This document shows, piece after piece, positions 47,447 through 59,357 of a stretch of 64,000 bases of DNA (its first letter is position 1; every line of letters starts with the position of its first letter). This stretch comes from Candidatus Altimarinota bacterium (GTDB lineage Bacteria; Patescibacteriota; Gracilibacteria; 1-14-2-50-48-13): contig JBKBWQ010000001.1 in assembly GCA_046314355.1 (NCBI GenBank), positions 1,312,001-1,376,000 of the forward strand, given 5' to 3'. Below the pieces are notes generated by a model. That model saw only the letters and a program-made list of their open reading frames with translations, had not been told where the DNA came from and ran no database searches. A program made the position numbers and the translations under genes.

Positions 47447-48253
47447 CTATATTCCAAAAAATCGCCTCGCATTCTCCGTAGTTACTCTCTCTATCTCCCC
47501 CAAACTAACCTCCTTATTCTCCGCAATTTGCTTCGCTACGTCCACTACATACGCAGGCTCATTCTGCTTTCCACGATAAGGAACAGGAGCCAGATAGGGG
47601 CTGTCAGTCTCGATCATCACTCTCTCCAGAGGAACTACTGAAAGAATTTCTTTATAGCTTTCCACAGCGTTTTTAAATGTAATTACTCCTGTAAAAGACA
47701 TCATCATATTTGGAAATTCCAATACCTTTTTTGCCTGTTCCATTGTTCCTCCGAAACAGTGAATGACTCCTTTCATTTCCTGAGTTTTCTCTAGAATTTT
47801 AAAGAAATCCTCAAACACGTCTCCTCTAAGATGTATAATTAAAGGTTTGTTCACTTTTGCTGCAAAAGCCACATGTCCTTCAAAAAGAGCAATTTGGGCA
47901 TCTCGATGAAAAGTCCGATAATAATCCAGTCCACATTCGCCAATGGCCACTATTTTTTCTTTATGATTATGAAAGTTTATCTCTAGTGCCTTCAGTAGTT
48001 TTTCTACATGCTCATGAGCATTTTCTTCATCTTCATTAGAAAAGGTATCTGGATGATATCCAAGAGTATTATAGATCGGAAGTTCAGGTGTAAAGTGTGT
48101 AGCTGTCCATTTTATATTATCTACTTGTTCATCTTCGGCGCATGAGACATTTATGATAGCACCAACGTTAGCTATTTTTGCTCTGTTTAATACATCTTTT
48201 ACGCTGTCTTTGAAGTCTTTACAACCTATGTGTGCATGTGTATCGATAAACAT
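47447..48253 (-). CDS. tatD: TatD-family DNase
   Basis: IDTHAH, GYHP, AIGECGLDY, IIHLR, GVIHCF, IETDSPYLAP, NEP. Confidence 0.95.
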   Translation of the reverse strand: MFIDTHAHIGCKDFKDSVKDVLNRAKIANVGAIINVSCAEDEQVDNIKWTATHFTPELPIYNTLGYHPDTFSNEDEENAHEHVEKLLKALEINFHNHKEKIVAIGECGLDYYRTFHRDAQIALFEGHVAFAAKVNKPLIIHLRGDVFEDFFKILEKTQEMKGVIHCFGGTMEQAKKVLEFPNMMMSFTGVITFKNAVESYKEILSVVPLERVMIETDSPYLAPVPYRGKQNEPAYVVDVAKQIAENKEVSLGEIERVTTENARRFFGI

Positions 48254-48378
48254 TGGAAATCTGAAAAAAATATATCTTTAAATAATTATACTCCTCAAGG
48301 CAAGCTACCCTAAGCAAGCTTGTGTCCATAGCTTAACATGGAGACATAGAGCTTTCTATACTATCACCTATGTTTCTC

Positions 48379-48407
48379 TTGACAGAAGACCCTAGTCATA
48401 TTACATT
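48379..48407 (+). promoter_or_regulatory. sigma70 promoter
   Basis: TTGACA-N17-TACATT. Confidence 0.6.
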
Positions 48408-48477
48408 CTGACCATACATTATGGTCTTTTTTAAGACATTTGTCACACAAGCATTTTTATTCTTCAGATATAGGCGC

Positions 48478-49563
48478 ATGGTAACTGCAGAACCGGTTTC
48501 AGATAAAATTTCCATCAACCTTTCCGATACACTTCAGGACCTATTTCTTGTCCTTACAGCCAAAGAAAAGGAAATATTGATAGGTAGATTCAGTCTTAAT
48601 AATGAACCAAAGAGAACTCTAGAGAGTATTGGAAGCAAATTCAATGTTACTCGTGAACGTGTGCGCCAGATCGAGAATATTGCAATCAACAAACTTAGAA
48701 GAAACGTTACTAATAGCAGTCTGCAGGAGATTAATGCGCTAGGAAAAACTATTTTGAAATCAGTAGGAGGACTTCTCCTTGAGGATAAACTTGTGAGCTA
48801 CGTATACCATCGTCTTGAGAATCCAAGTGAGTTTGATAAAAATATTATCCGTCTTGCTCTTCGTATTGATGAGGAGATTGTAAAGCAGGAAAAGACTAGT
48901 TTCTTTAATGTTTTCTGGTACACAAATACTATTTCAAGACAGGAGATTCTTGATATCCTAGAGGAAGCTCGAAAGAACTTGAAGCAGAAGGGAGATGTTA
49001 TTTCTGAGGAGACACTTATTGCAAAGATCATGAATAAGCTCAGCCTTAAGTACGATAACCTTACTCCTTCGCTTATCTCATCTACTCTTGAGACTGACAC
49101 TAGACTTAAGAGAGCAGATGACGGATGGGGACTTTCCTCTTGGAGACATATTAATCCAAAGAGTATCCGGGATAAGGCTTATATTATCTTGAAGAAGGCA
49201 GCAAAGCCTCTTCACTTCATAGATATCGCCAACAAGATTATTGACGCAAAATTTGATAAGAAGATGGTAACAACTCAGGCTGTACACAATGAGCTTATCC
49301 GGTACGACAAATTTGTACTTATCGGACGAGGTCTCTATGCTCTTAAGGAGTGGGGATATGAGTCAGGTACTGTATCTGATATTATCTCAGCTATCCTTGA
49401 AAAGAAGGGTGAGCCTATGACAAAGAAAGAGATTGTAGCTGAGGTACTGAAACAGAGAAAAATCAAGATTGGAACTATTTCCCTCAACCTTCAGAATAAC
49501 CCTAAGTTTGTACGAGTGGGACGAGCTGTATACACACTCTTTGATAAGATAGATAACGAATAA
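48478..49563 (+). CDS. sigma70 region-4 HTH fused to tandem winged-helix (HARE-HTH-like) domains
   Basis: RFSLNNEPKRTLESIGSKFNVTRERVRQIE; repeats SIRDKAYIILKKAAKPLHFIDIA...FVLIGRGLYAL and TVSDIISAILEKKGEPMT...FVRVGRAVYTL; no sigma region 2. Confidence 0.8.
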   Translation: MVTAEPVSDKISINLSDTLQDLFLVLTAKEKEILIGRFSLNNEPKRTLESIGSKFNVTRERVRQIENIAINKLRRNVTNSSLQEINALGKTILKSVGGLLLEDKLVSYVYHRLENPSEFDKNIIRLALRIDEEIVKQEKTSFFNVFWYTNTISRQEILDILEEARKNLKQKGDVISEETLIAKIMNKLSLKYDNLTPSLISSTLETDTRLKRADDGWGLSSWRHINPKSIRDKAYIILKKAAKPLHFIDIANKIIDAKFDKKMVTTQAVHNELIRYDKFVLIGRGLYALKEWGYESGTVSDIISAILEKKGEPMTKKEIVAEVLKQRKIKIGTISLNLQNNPKFVRVGRAVYTLFDKIDNE

Positions 49564-49572
49564 AAACTTTTT

Positions 49573-49615
49573 AAAAAAAGTGGCTCCGGGGATGCTCTCG
49601 GGGCCACTTTTTTTT
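49573..49615. terminator. bidirectional intrinsic terminator
   Basis: AAAAAAAGTGGCTCCGGG...CTCGGGGCCACTTTTTTTT between convergent genes. Confidence 0.85.
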
Positions 49616-49624
49616 GTCTTTTTA

Positions 49625-50833
49625 TTACTCCTTTCGATTTTCCAGTTTAGCTTCGAGGAAGATCTCCTTCGTTCCTCTTTTCACTTTGAATTTTACCTTC
49701 TCCTCTTGTCTGTAGAGGGTGATGACATCGCTTAAGGTACGGTCACCTTTGAGCTCTAGTCCACCTACGGAGATGATGATATCTCCTTTCTGAAATCCTG
49801 CTTTTGCTGCAGGAGAATTTTTTACCACCGCATCTGTACCGTCTTCAGATGTAATGTAGGCACCAAAAGAACTGCTTAGTTTCTGAGCCTTTGAATTCTC
49901 CCGAGTAACCTTCACATACTGTACCCCGAGAAATGGACGCGGAATATAGCCGTATTTTAAATATGCTTTATAAGCTGCGGTTAAGTACTTTGAATGTATA
50001 GCAAAACCAATATTTTCTCCCTGAGGATCAAAGGCGGTGTTCATTGCTAGTACCTTCCCGTTACTATCCACGAGAGGACCTCCACTATCTCCCTGACTGA
50101 TACTTGCATCAGTTTGTACCATATCAAACAGTCTCTCTGATGAATTATCTTCACCATACGCAGTGAGGGTTCTTTTTAATCCTGAGATGATTCCCTCATT
50201 TACAGTATTGGAGTATTTGCCTAGTACGTTACCTATAGTATAAGCTGTCTGACCTACTTGGGCATTCTCAGCTGTATTTGCAAAGCTGAGAGACATGAGA
50301 GGCTTCAGTGTTGTGAGACGTAGAATAGCAATGTCATTCAATGGATCTTTTTGGATATCTTCTACTGCGTAGATAGTGCCAGTATCGTCTACGACTCCAT
50401 AATATAGATTAGTATCCTCAACGACATGCCTATTTGTCATGGCTACGCCGTAGCTTCCTATAATAAAACCAGTACCTTGAGTAAGAGTTGTGGATGCATT
50501 TACAGCGAGTATGGGAGTACTAATACTTGAGAGGCTTGCATTCGTAGAAAGCCGGTCCATATAGTTGCTTAATCCTTCCTTTGTGCTTACTCCAACAACA
50601 CTTACTACACTTTTACGGGCGATCTGCAGCATTTGTATCTTTGTATTTTCTGCAAAGCTCAGTGGAGTACGGATCTGTTGATCATTATTTACAACACTAA
50701 GAGTATTTGTACTTCCAGAGGGAGGTACGGTAGCTGCTGCCTGTACATAGGGAAGGGTATTGCTTATTGTACCCACTGCTATTAGCATAGTGAAAGCAAT
50801 CACATTGCTTTTGAAGGAGAGTTTTATAGACAT
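49625..50833 (-). CDS. HtrA/DegP-family serine protease with PDZ domain
   Basis: GTGFII, TNRHVV, DIAIL, QTDASISQGDSGGPL, RPFLGV, SPAAKAG..GDII; start MSIKLSF at 50833. Confidence 0.92.
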   Translation of the reverse strand: MSIKLSFKSNVIAFTMLIAVGTISNTLPYVQAAATVPPSGSTNTLSVVNNDQQIRTPLSFAENTKIQMLQIARKSVVSVVGVSTKEGLSNYMDRLSTNASLSSISTPILAVNASTTLTQGTGFIIGSYGVAMTNRHVVEDTNLYYGVVDDTGTIYAVEDIQKDPLNDIAILRLTTLKPLMSLSFANTAENAQVGQTAYTIGNVLGKYSNTVNEGIISGLKRTLTAYGEDNSSERLFDMVQTDASISQGDSGGPLVDSNGKVLAMNTAFDPQGENIGFAIHSKYLTAAYKAYLKYGYIPRPFLGVQYVKVTRENSKAQKLSSSFGAYITSEDGTDAVVKNSPAAKAGFQKGDIIISVGGLELKGDRTLSDVITLYRQEEKVKFKVKRGTKEIFLEAKLENRKE

Positions 50834-50844
50834 TCTGAAAGTAT

Positions 50845-51543
50845 ATGAGTTATCTAATAAATTGGCTGAAAGGTATTTTGGGATTAATATTTCCTGATAG
50901 CTGCCAGGTATGTAAGAAAGAAGGCGACCTTTTCTGCGGGTCATGTCTTGCTACTTTACAGGCATTGGATGTACAGCAGTGTCCAGGATGCTTTTGCAGA
51001 TCACCTGAGGGTGAGTTCTGTATAAAATGTGCAACTGGAGAGTCTGAATTAGACTTTTTACTGGTAGGCACTTCCTATCGGAATAGTCCTATTGTATCAC
51101 TTCTGATAAAAACCTTGAAGTATAAAAGTATAAGAAGGTGTATTTCCTACCTTCCTCAGACACTATTTGCTCCGCTTTCAGCTAAGAAAAAGCTGAATCC
51201 TGTACTTATACCGGTACCACTGCATGCCAAGCGTCAAAAAGAACGTGGTTTTAACCAAGCTTTTATCATTGCCCGCCAAGTAGCAGAGATATTTAGTTTG
51301 GATATAAACTCCTCATTGCTTAAGAGGGTGAGGTATACGATACCTCAAGCCACTCTGGGAAAATATGAGAGAGAAACAAATCTAAAAGATGCCTTTGCGG
51401 CTTCTGTAATTAGTGATCCTGAAAGACTTTATATACTTATAGATGATGTAGCAACTACGAGGTCTACACTTGAGGAGTGTGCAAAAACTATGAGAAAGGC
51501 AGGGGTAAAACGTATAGGAGCTTATGTACTTGCAAGAAAGTAG
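50845..51543 (+). CDS. comF: ComF-family competence protein (zinc fingers + phosphoribosyltransferase fold)
   Basis: Four CxxC motifs, PVPLHAKRQKERGFNQA, LIDDVATTRSTL. Confidence 0.9.
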   Translation: MSYLINWLKGILGLIFPDSCQVCKKEGDLFCGSCLATLQALDVQQCPGCFCRSPEGEFCIKCATGESELDFLLVGTSYRNSPIVSLLIKTLKYKSIRRCISYLPQTLFAPLSAKKKLNPVLIPVPLHAKRQKERGFNQAFIIARQVAEIFSLDINSSLLKRVRYTIPQATLGKYERETNLKDAFAASVISDPERLYILIDDVATTRSTLEECAKTMRKAGVKRIGAYVLARK

Positions 51544-51544
51544 C

Positions 51545-51574
51545 GTGTCATTCCCGCGCATGCGGGAATGACAC
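51545..51574. repeat. dRS3/REP-like palindrome, copy 2
   Basis: GTGTCATTCCCGC-GCAT-GCGGGAATGACAC, perfect 13-bp arms. Confidence 0.9.
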
Positions 51575-51575
51575 A

Positions 51576-51604
51576 TTGACTCTTCTCTCTCTTCTTACTA
51601 GACT
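51576..51604 (+). promoter_or_regulatory. sigma70 promoter
   Basis: TTGACT-N17-TAGACT, 28 nt before GTG 51633. Confidence 0.55.
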
Positions 51605-51632
51605 ACAGATACGTTCTTAACTTCCCAACTCT

Positions 51633-52742
51633 GTGAAAATAGGTATCGACGCTTCCCGTTATCAATTTCCAACTCCTACCGGTGTTGAAGTATATTCCAA
51701 CTATCTTATTGATGAACTTCAGCAGATTGCACATAAAGAAAAATCAGAGCTGCTGCTTTTAAGTCCAATTAAAAAAGATATTATTGAAAGTACTCATATC
51801 TCACAAAAGATCATCAAAGGGAAAAGACTTTGGACATTAGGAAAGTTAAGCTATGCCTTTTGGAAGAGACCGAAGCTGCTGGATACCCTTTTCGTACCTT
51901 CTCATATTCTTCCTCTCTTTCTGCCTCAGAGATCTATCATTACTATTCATGATGTAGCATGGAAGCATTTTCCAAAAAGCTATTCTACCTTTCAGCGGAA
52001 ACTTTTGGATTTCTCTACAAAATTTGCTGTGCGAAGAGCTTCCAAGATTATTGCAGTATCTTATGCTACACAGAAAGACATTATGAAATTCTATAATTGT
52101 CCTGCAGAAAAAATCGAAGTTATTCACAGCGGATTTGATAAGGAGAAATTTTTAAGCCAAATAGAATTTGAGAACTTTCAGGAAATTTCAGGTAAGTTTC
52201 ATGTAAAGAAGGAAAAATACTTTATATATGTAGGACGTATAGAAGAGAAAAAGAACATTCCTTATCTTATAGAAGCATTTCTGAAATCAAAACTCTCTTC
52301 AGAGTGGAAACTTGTATTAGTGGGGAAGCCAGGAGTTGGGTTTGAAAAGATTCAATCGCAGCTTACCTCTGAAAAAAGTGACCGTATCATAGTTACCGGC
52401 TATCTTCCAAACAATGAAACCTATACCCTTGTAAAAAATGCACGTGCATCCTTGCTTGTTTCAAAGTACGAAGGATTCGGATTTCCTCTTCTTGAGGCAT
52501 TTGCTTTGGAAGTACCTGTAATAGCCAGCCGGATTCCTGCCCTTGAAGAAGTAGGCGCGGATGTACCGTATTTTGTATCTCCTACGCAGATGAATACACT
52601 TACGCAGGCTTTCAAGGTCTTTTCATTAGAAAAGTATGAGGTGGAGGGGATGATCGAAAAGGGAAAGGAGCGGTTGAAAATCTTTTCATGGAAGAAGTGT
52701 GCAATGGAAACTTGGAGTATTCTTACAAATAAAAAGGAATAA
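51633..52742 (+). CDS. GT4-family (GT-B) glycosyltransferase
   Basis: MKIGIDAS..TGVEVY, ITIHDV, YVGRIEEKKN, YEGFGFPLLEA, FSWKKCA. Confidence 0.92.
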   Translation: MKIGIDASRYQFPTPTGVEVYSNYLIDELQQIAHKEKSELLLLSPIKKDIIESTHISQKIIKGKRLWTLGKLSYAFWKRPKLLDTLFVPSHILPLFLPQRSIITIHDVAWKHFPKSYSTFQRKLLDFSTKFAVRRASKIIAVSYATQKDIMKFYNCPAEKIEVIHSGFDKEKFLSQIEFENFQEISGKFHVKKEKYFIYVGRIEEKKNIPYLIEAFLKSKLSSEWKLVLVGKPGVGFEKIQSQLTSEKSDRIIVTGYLPNNETYTLVKNARASLLVSKYEGFGFPLLEAFALEVPVIASRIPALEEVGADVPYFVSPTQMNTLTQAFKVFSLEKYEVEGMIEKGKERLKIFSWKKCAMETWSILTNKKE

Positions 52743-52820
52743 TATTTCTCCTGGAAATTGCAATTGCAATTCTACGGTACTTAAAATACACTTATGTCAG
52801 TATGTAATTTATTATAAAGT

Positions 52821-53537
52821 ATGTCCGATCTAGATAATTTTGTACCATCTGAATCCTCTGAGGGTTCTGCAACGGGTAAGGAAGCAAGCCGCGAAAGTAG
52901 CGAACAGTTTAGTGAACAGTTCAGACAAGCGCAGGCAAGACTCGCAGGAATGAAAAAAGATGAGAAGAAATCCAAGAAGCGTGATAAGAATCTTGCTGCT
53001 CTTTTATCACAGTTTATAAAAGAAAATTCTGATCCACAGATTGTAAATACACTTGTGGCTCTTTTAAAGGAAGAGGTTAGTTCAGAGTTTCTGCTTGGGA
53101 TTATTTCACTCTACTATCCAAATATCCGGACAGCTCTCTACGAAGAAGAACAGGAAACTTTGATGGATAATCCGCGTCTTATAATGGAGACAAGGCAACT
53201 AACCCTGACGGTACGTCCTACTCAGGCACTTGTAGAGGCAAAGGACTTTGATGAGAATAATCTGCCTGAAAATATTAAACAGGCTATAAATGTATGGGTA
53301 CAGGATATGCTCTTTACTGCGTTTCTTCATCCGAATTGGCTTCTGCCTAAGATATTCAAGGCAAACCAAGTGCATTCTACAGTGATACAGCTTGGTACAT
53401 TTATAGTAGAACGGTTCCTTGCTGCGCATAATATTAAAGGTGACTTCCAGCGCAAACGGCAGTTTGTACTGTATATTCTGAATGGTATTCTAAGTGAAAC
53501 GCAGAAACGTGCTGAATCTCACAAGCTCGCGTATTAA
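52821..53537 (+). CDS. hypothetical protein
   Basis: 238-aa ORF with a charged coiled-coil N-terminus; no recognised motif. Confidence 0.7.
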   Translation: MSDLDNFVPSESSEGSATGKEASRESSEQFSEQFRQAQARLAGMKKDEKKSKKRDKNLAALLSQFIKENSDPQIVNTLVALLKEEVSSEFLLGIISLYYPNIRTALYEEEQETLMDNPRLIMETRQLTLTVRPTQALVEAKDFDENNLPENIKQAINVWVQDMLFTAFLHPNWLLPKIFKANQVHSTVIQLGTFIVERFLAAHNIKGDFQRKRQFVLYILNGILSETQKRAESHKLAY

Positions 53538-53933
53538 TATATTATAGTAGTTCTTATACCTATATAGGTAAGAAGGATACTATTTACCTTATTGTAGATA
53601 CTAAGAACAGCAGCTCTCAATTATGAAGATAATAAAGGCAGCTTCAATACCTTACGTACTTCATGCTTTTGAGAATAAAAGGGTATCTGAAAAGCTTATA
53701 AAGTCTATTGTGAAAAATGCATAGGTGAAGCTAAAAGGAAAGAGGTTTTTTTCTGATATAAATATTCATTTACTAAAGCCACTTTCCAGAAGAAAATAAT
53801 AATACTTTTTATAAACTGTTGACTTTTAATCGAAAGTATTTTAAAAAGTTTAGCGTCACCTGCGAAGAAATTCGGCAAAAAATATTGAAAAGTAGCTTCA
53901 GCAAATGATTTATAAAAAAAGTAAAAGAATTTC

Positions 53934-53961
53934 TTGACTTTGAGAAATATATCAGTAAATT
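53934..53961 (+). promoter_or_regulatory. rRNA promoter (a second weaker candidate lies at 53819-53847)
   Basis: TTGACT-N16-TAAATT with an A-rich UP-like element, ~195 nt before the 23S. Confidence 0.55.
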
Positions 53962-54154
53962 GAACTACGCATAACGCATTCAGAACTTGTTCCCAGCTAC
54001 AATTACATGAACCACTTCAGGTGATTGTAGGTGGAAATAAATTTTTGTTTCCCCGGATTGATTTTTGAAAAATAGGAATGTCAATAAAAATATGTGTATC
54101 ACATTGTAATTTATAGAAAGTAACTGCTAGTTAAGCAATTAGTTGTTACAATAG

Positions 54155-57178
<3,024 letters not shown>

Positions 57179-57323
57179 ATTGTACCGCTTCTCTCCCATT
57201 TGGGAACTATTCGTAAGGATAGTAACTAGATGGGGATGCTTAACTAGCAATTACTTTCCGTAAATACAAGATACATCTACTGACATTTCTAAAACAATCA
57301 GATCATTTCGTAAAAAGACATGA

Positions 57324-57440
57324 TCTTGGTAATTATACTAAAGAGGGTACACCTGATCCCATTCCGAACTCAGAAGTTAAGCTCTTTAAGGCCGATGGTA
57401 CTTCAAGCGTTGCTTGCGGAAGAGTAGGTAGTTGCCAAGA
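57324..57440 (+). rRNA. rrf: 5S ribosomal RNA
   Basis: CACCTGATCCCATTCCGAACTCAGAAGTTAAGC, GCCGATGGTA, GAGTAGGT; terminal TCTTGGTAATTA/TAGTTGCCAAGA helix. Confidence 0.96.
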
Positions 57441-57458
57441 TCATGTTTTTTTGTGTCT

Positions 57459-57495
57459 AAATAACTGTTTACATTAAGTAAACGGTTATTTTTTT
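57459..57495 (+). terminator. rRNA operon terminator
   Basis: AAATAACTGTTTAC...GTAAACGGTTATTT followed by a T tract. Confidence 0.75.
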
Positions 57496-57895
57496 GTATG
57501 TACTTATTAATATATAGAATATAAACCTGATTTAAATGCTTTGTAATGCATCTTTATAATTGGGAATGAAGTTGCTATCACATTTGATATAGTTGTTTGA
57601 AGATAAAATTCTATATATTGTAAAAACACAAAATGTATTTATATATGTTCTTCGAAATATATCTGTACCAAAAGGCATATTTCAAACTATTTTAAGAGAA
57701 TTTCTTATGACTTTCCCATAAATATTATTTCATGCAAAACTGTTTCACAACCGCTATTTATTTCTTAATTTATTATTAATATAGATAAAGTTATATAAAT
57801 CTGTATAGATATATAATCTGTAATAAATTTATTTTACATTTTATGAATACAGTAGTATCTTTAAAAGTATGGGTTGTAGAGAAAATTAAAATTTC

Positions 57896-57923
57896 TGTAA
57901 CAAAGGCGAAGTTACTCCGTCTA
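57896..57923 (+). promoter_or_regulatory. ECF-sigma-type promoter
   Basis: TGTAAC-N16-CGTCTA, matching the SigX/SigM/SigW-class consensus, 33 nt upstream of ATG 57957. Confidence 0.6.
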
Positions 57924-57956
57924 TTTAGGTGATCAACTTGTTTCATCTATCTTTAC

Positions 57957-59357
57957 ATGGACACTAATCGTCCCCACAATTTGGCTTTTGAAAAGCGTCT
58001 TGAGCTCTTGAAAAAAGAGATGAAACCAAGCCGTACATTTGTTATTTTGACAAAAGATAAGGTTTTTAGCCATATTGAGAATGCACAGGAGAGAAAGAGA
58101 ATGAGCTTTGTACAAAGATTGCTACTACCGTTTTTAAAACAGGCTTCAACTTTTGCATTTGCCTTTATATTTGCATCTGCTCTTTTAAATGTTGTCTTTT
58201 TGGCAACACTGCAGTCCACAAAAGCTGATTATATCGGTGAAGTAACGAGCTCTCAGGGGAAAGTATATATTGTACGTTCAAGTGAGAAGATAGAGGTAAC
58301 AAAGACGCAGAAACTCTTTGAAGGTGATACTATTGAAGTAGAGGGGGAGTCTAACGCTCAGCTCTACTTTTACAATACTGGTGAGACGAAGCTTAGTGAG
58401 AATACAAAACTAAAGATTGGAAAAGTAGAAAGACAGGAGAATCAGGAAAATGTCATTGCTCTTAACTTAGAGAAAGGTTCTTTAGAAGGTAAAATTGATC
58501 CCGTGGGAGATCAAGGAAATTCATCTACAAAACTCTCTGTTGTCACTACTAGTGGAACAGTAGAGGCGCGTAATAATGCTGCATTTGCAGTCTCTTTGAA
58601 TGATAATGGTACTATTGCGAGTGTATCTGCCTCTTCTGAGCAGGTAGATCTTATTGCTACAAATACTGCAAATCCTTCTGATGCTCAGACTGTGACTGTG
58701 ACAGCAGGGCAGACATTTACAACTCCTGTAATTACCGCTGTAGTGACTGACGCTGATACTCAATCTGGGGCAACTATTATAGCATCTGCTGATGCAGGTA
58801 ACGCTAATGTAAATAAACCTGAAGGGGATGTTACAGAAGAAAAGAAAATCCTGCCTATAGCAATACGTCCAGTACAGACCGCTTCCGGTGCACAAATCGT
58901 TGTACAAGAGAACTCAAATACTCTTGTACCTTTGCCAGAGACTTCTATAGATGTCTATCAGTTAGGTCAGATTCAGGATCTTGACGCTGCTGTAGATATT
59001 GCACAGGTGAAACTCAATAATGCTATTACCGCTGTAAATGCTAAAGACGAGGTTCTCGCGCTTACTTCTATCCAGAGCTATCTTTCTACTCTTGAGAGAA
59101 TAGACGGCCTTGTAGCGGCAATAAAGCAGACCCAGACATCGGCAAAATTCCGTATTAAGACTTTAGCGGACTTTATAAATACTACAGCTCTTACGACTAT
59201 AAATGGTAAGTATGTAACTGCTGAGAACACTATAAATACTGAGAACATGAGAGTATACAATACAAGCATGAAAAAACTTCATTATCTTGCAAGGATAGAA
59301 GCATCATTTAAGTCACGCCTACAGCTTGTGAACTCTGCTCTAATTAAGAATAAATAG
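57957..59357 (+). CDS. FecR-domain membrane protein (anti-sigma-like)
   Basis: Short cytoplasmic N-terminus, one TM, then GKVYIVR..LFEGDTIEV...AQLYF...LSENTKL...LEKG...VVTTSGTVEAR..AFAV (FecR-like). Confidence 0.72.
   Translation: MDTNRPHNLAFEKRLELLKKEMKPSRTFVILTKDKVFSHIENAQERKRMSFVQRLLLPFLKQASTFAFAFIFASALLNVVFLATLQSTKADYIGEVTSSQGKVYIVRSSEKIEVTKTQKLFEGDTIEVEGESNAQLYFYNTGETKLSENTKLKIGKVERQENQENVIALNLEKGSLEGKIDPVGDQGNSSTKLSVVTTSGTVEARNNAAFAVSLNDNGTIASVSASSEQVDLIATNTANPSDAQTVTVTAGQTFTTPVITAVVTDADTQSGATIIASADAGNANVNKPEGDVTEEKKILPIAIRPVQTASGAQIVVQENSNTLVPLPETSIDVYQLGQIQDLDAAVDIAQVKLNNAITAVNAKDEVLALTSIQSYLSTLERIDGLVAAIKQTQTSAKFRIKTLADFINTTALTTINGKYVTAENTINTENMRVYNTSMKKLHYLARIEASFKSRLQLVNSALIKNK

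Noticed and set aside
49128-49139. GGACTTTCCTC (reverse complement of the RNase P GAGGAAAGTCC signature)
   Set aside because: Lies within a well-formed CDS (WGLSS) and lacks the rest of the RNase P structure
57500-57890. Very AT-rich stretch as a possible replication origin
   Set aside because: No cluster of DnaA boxes and no dnaA/dnaN nearby
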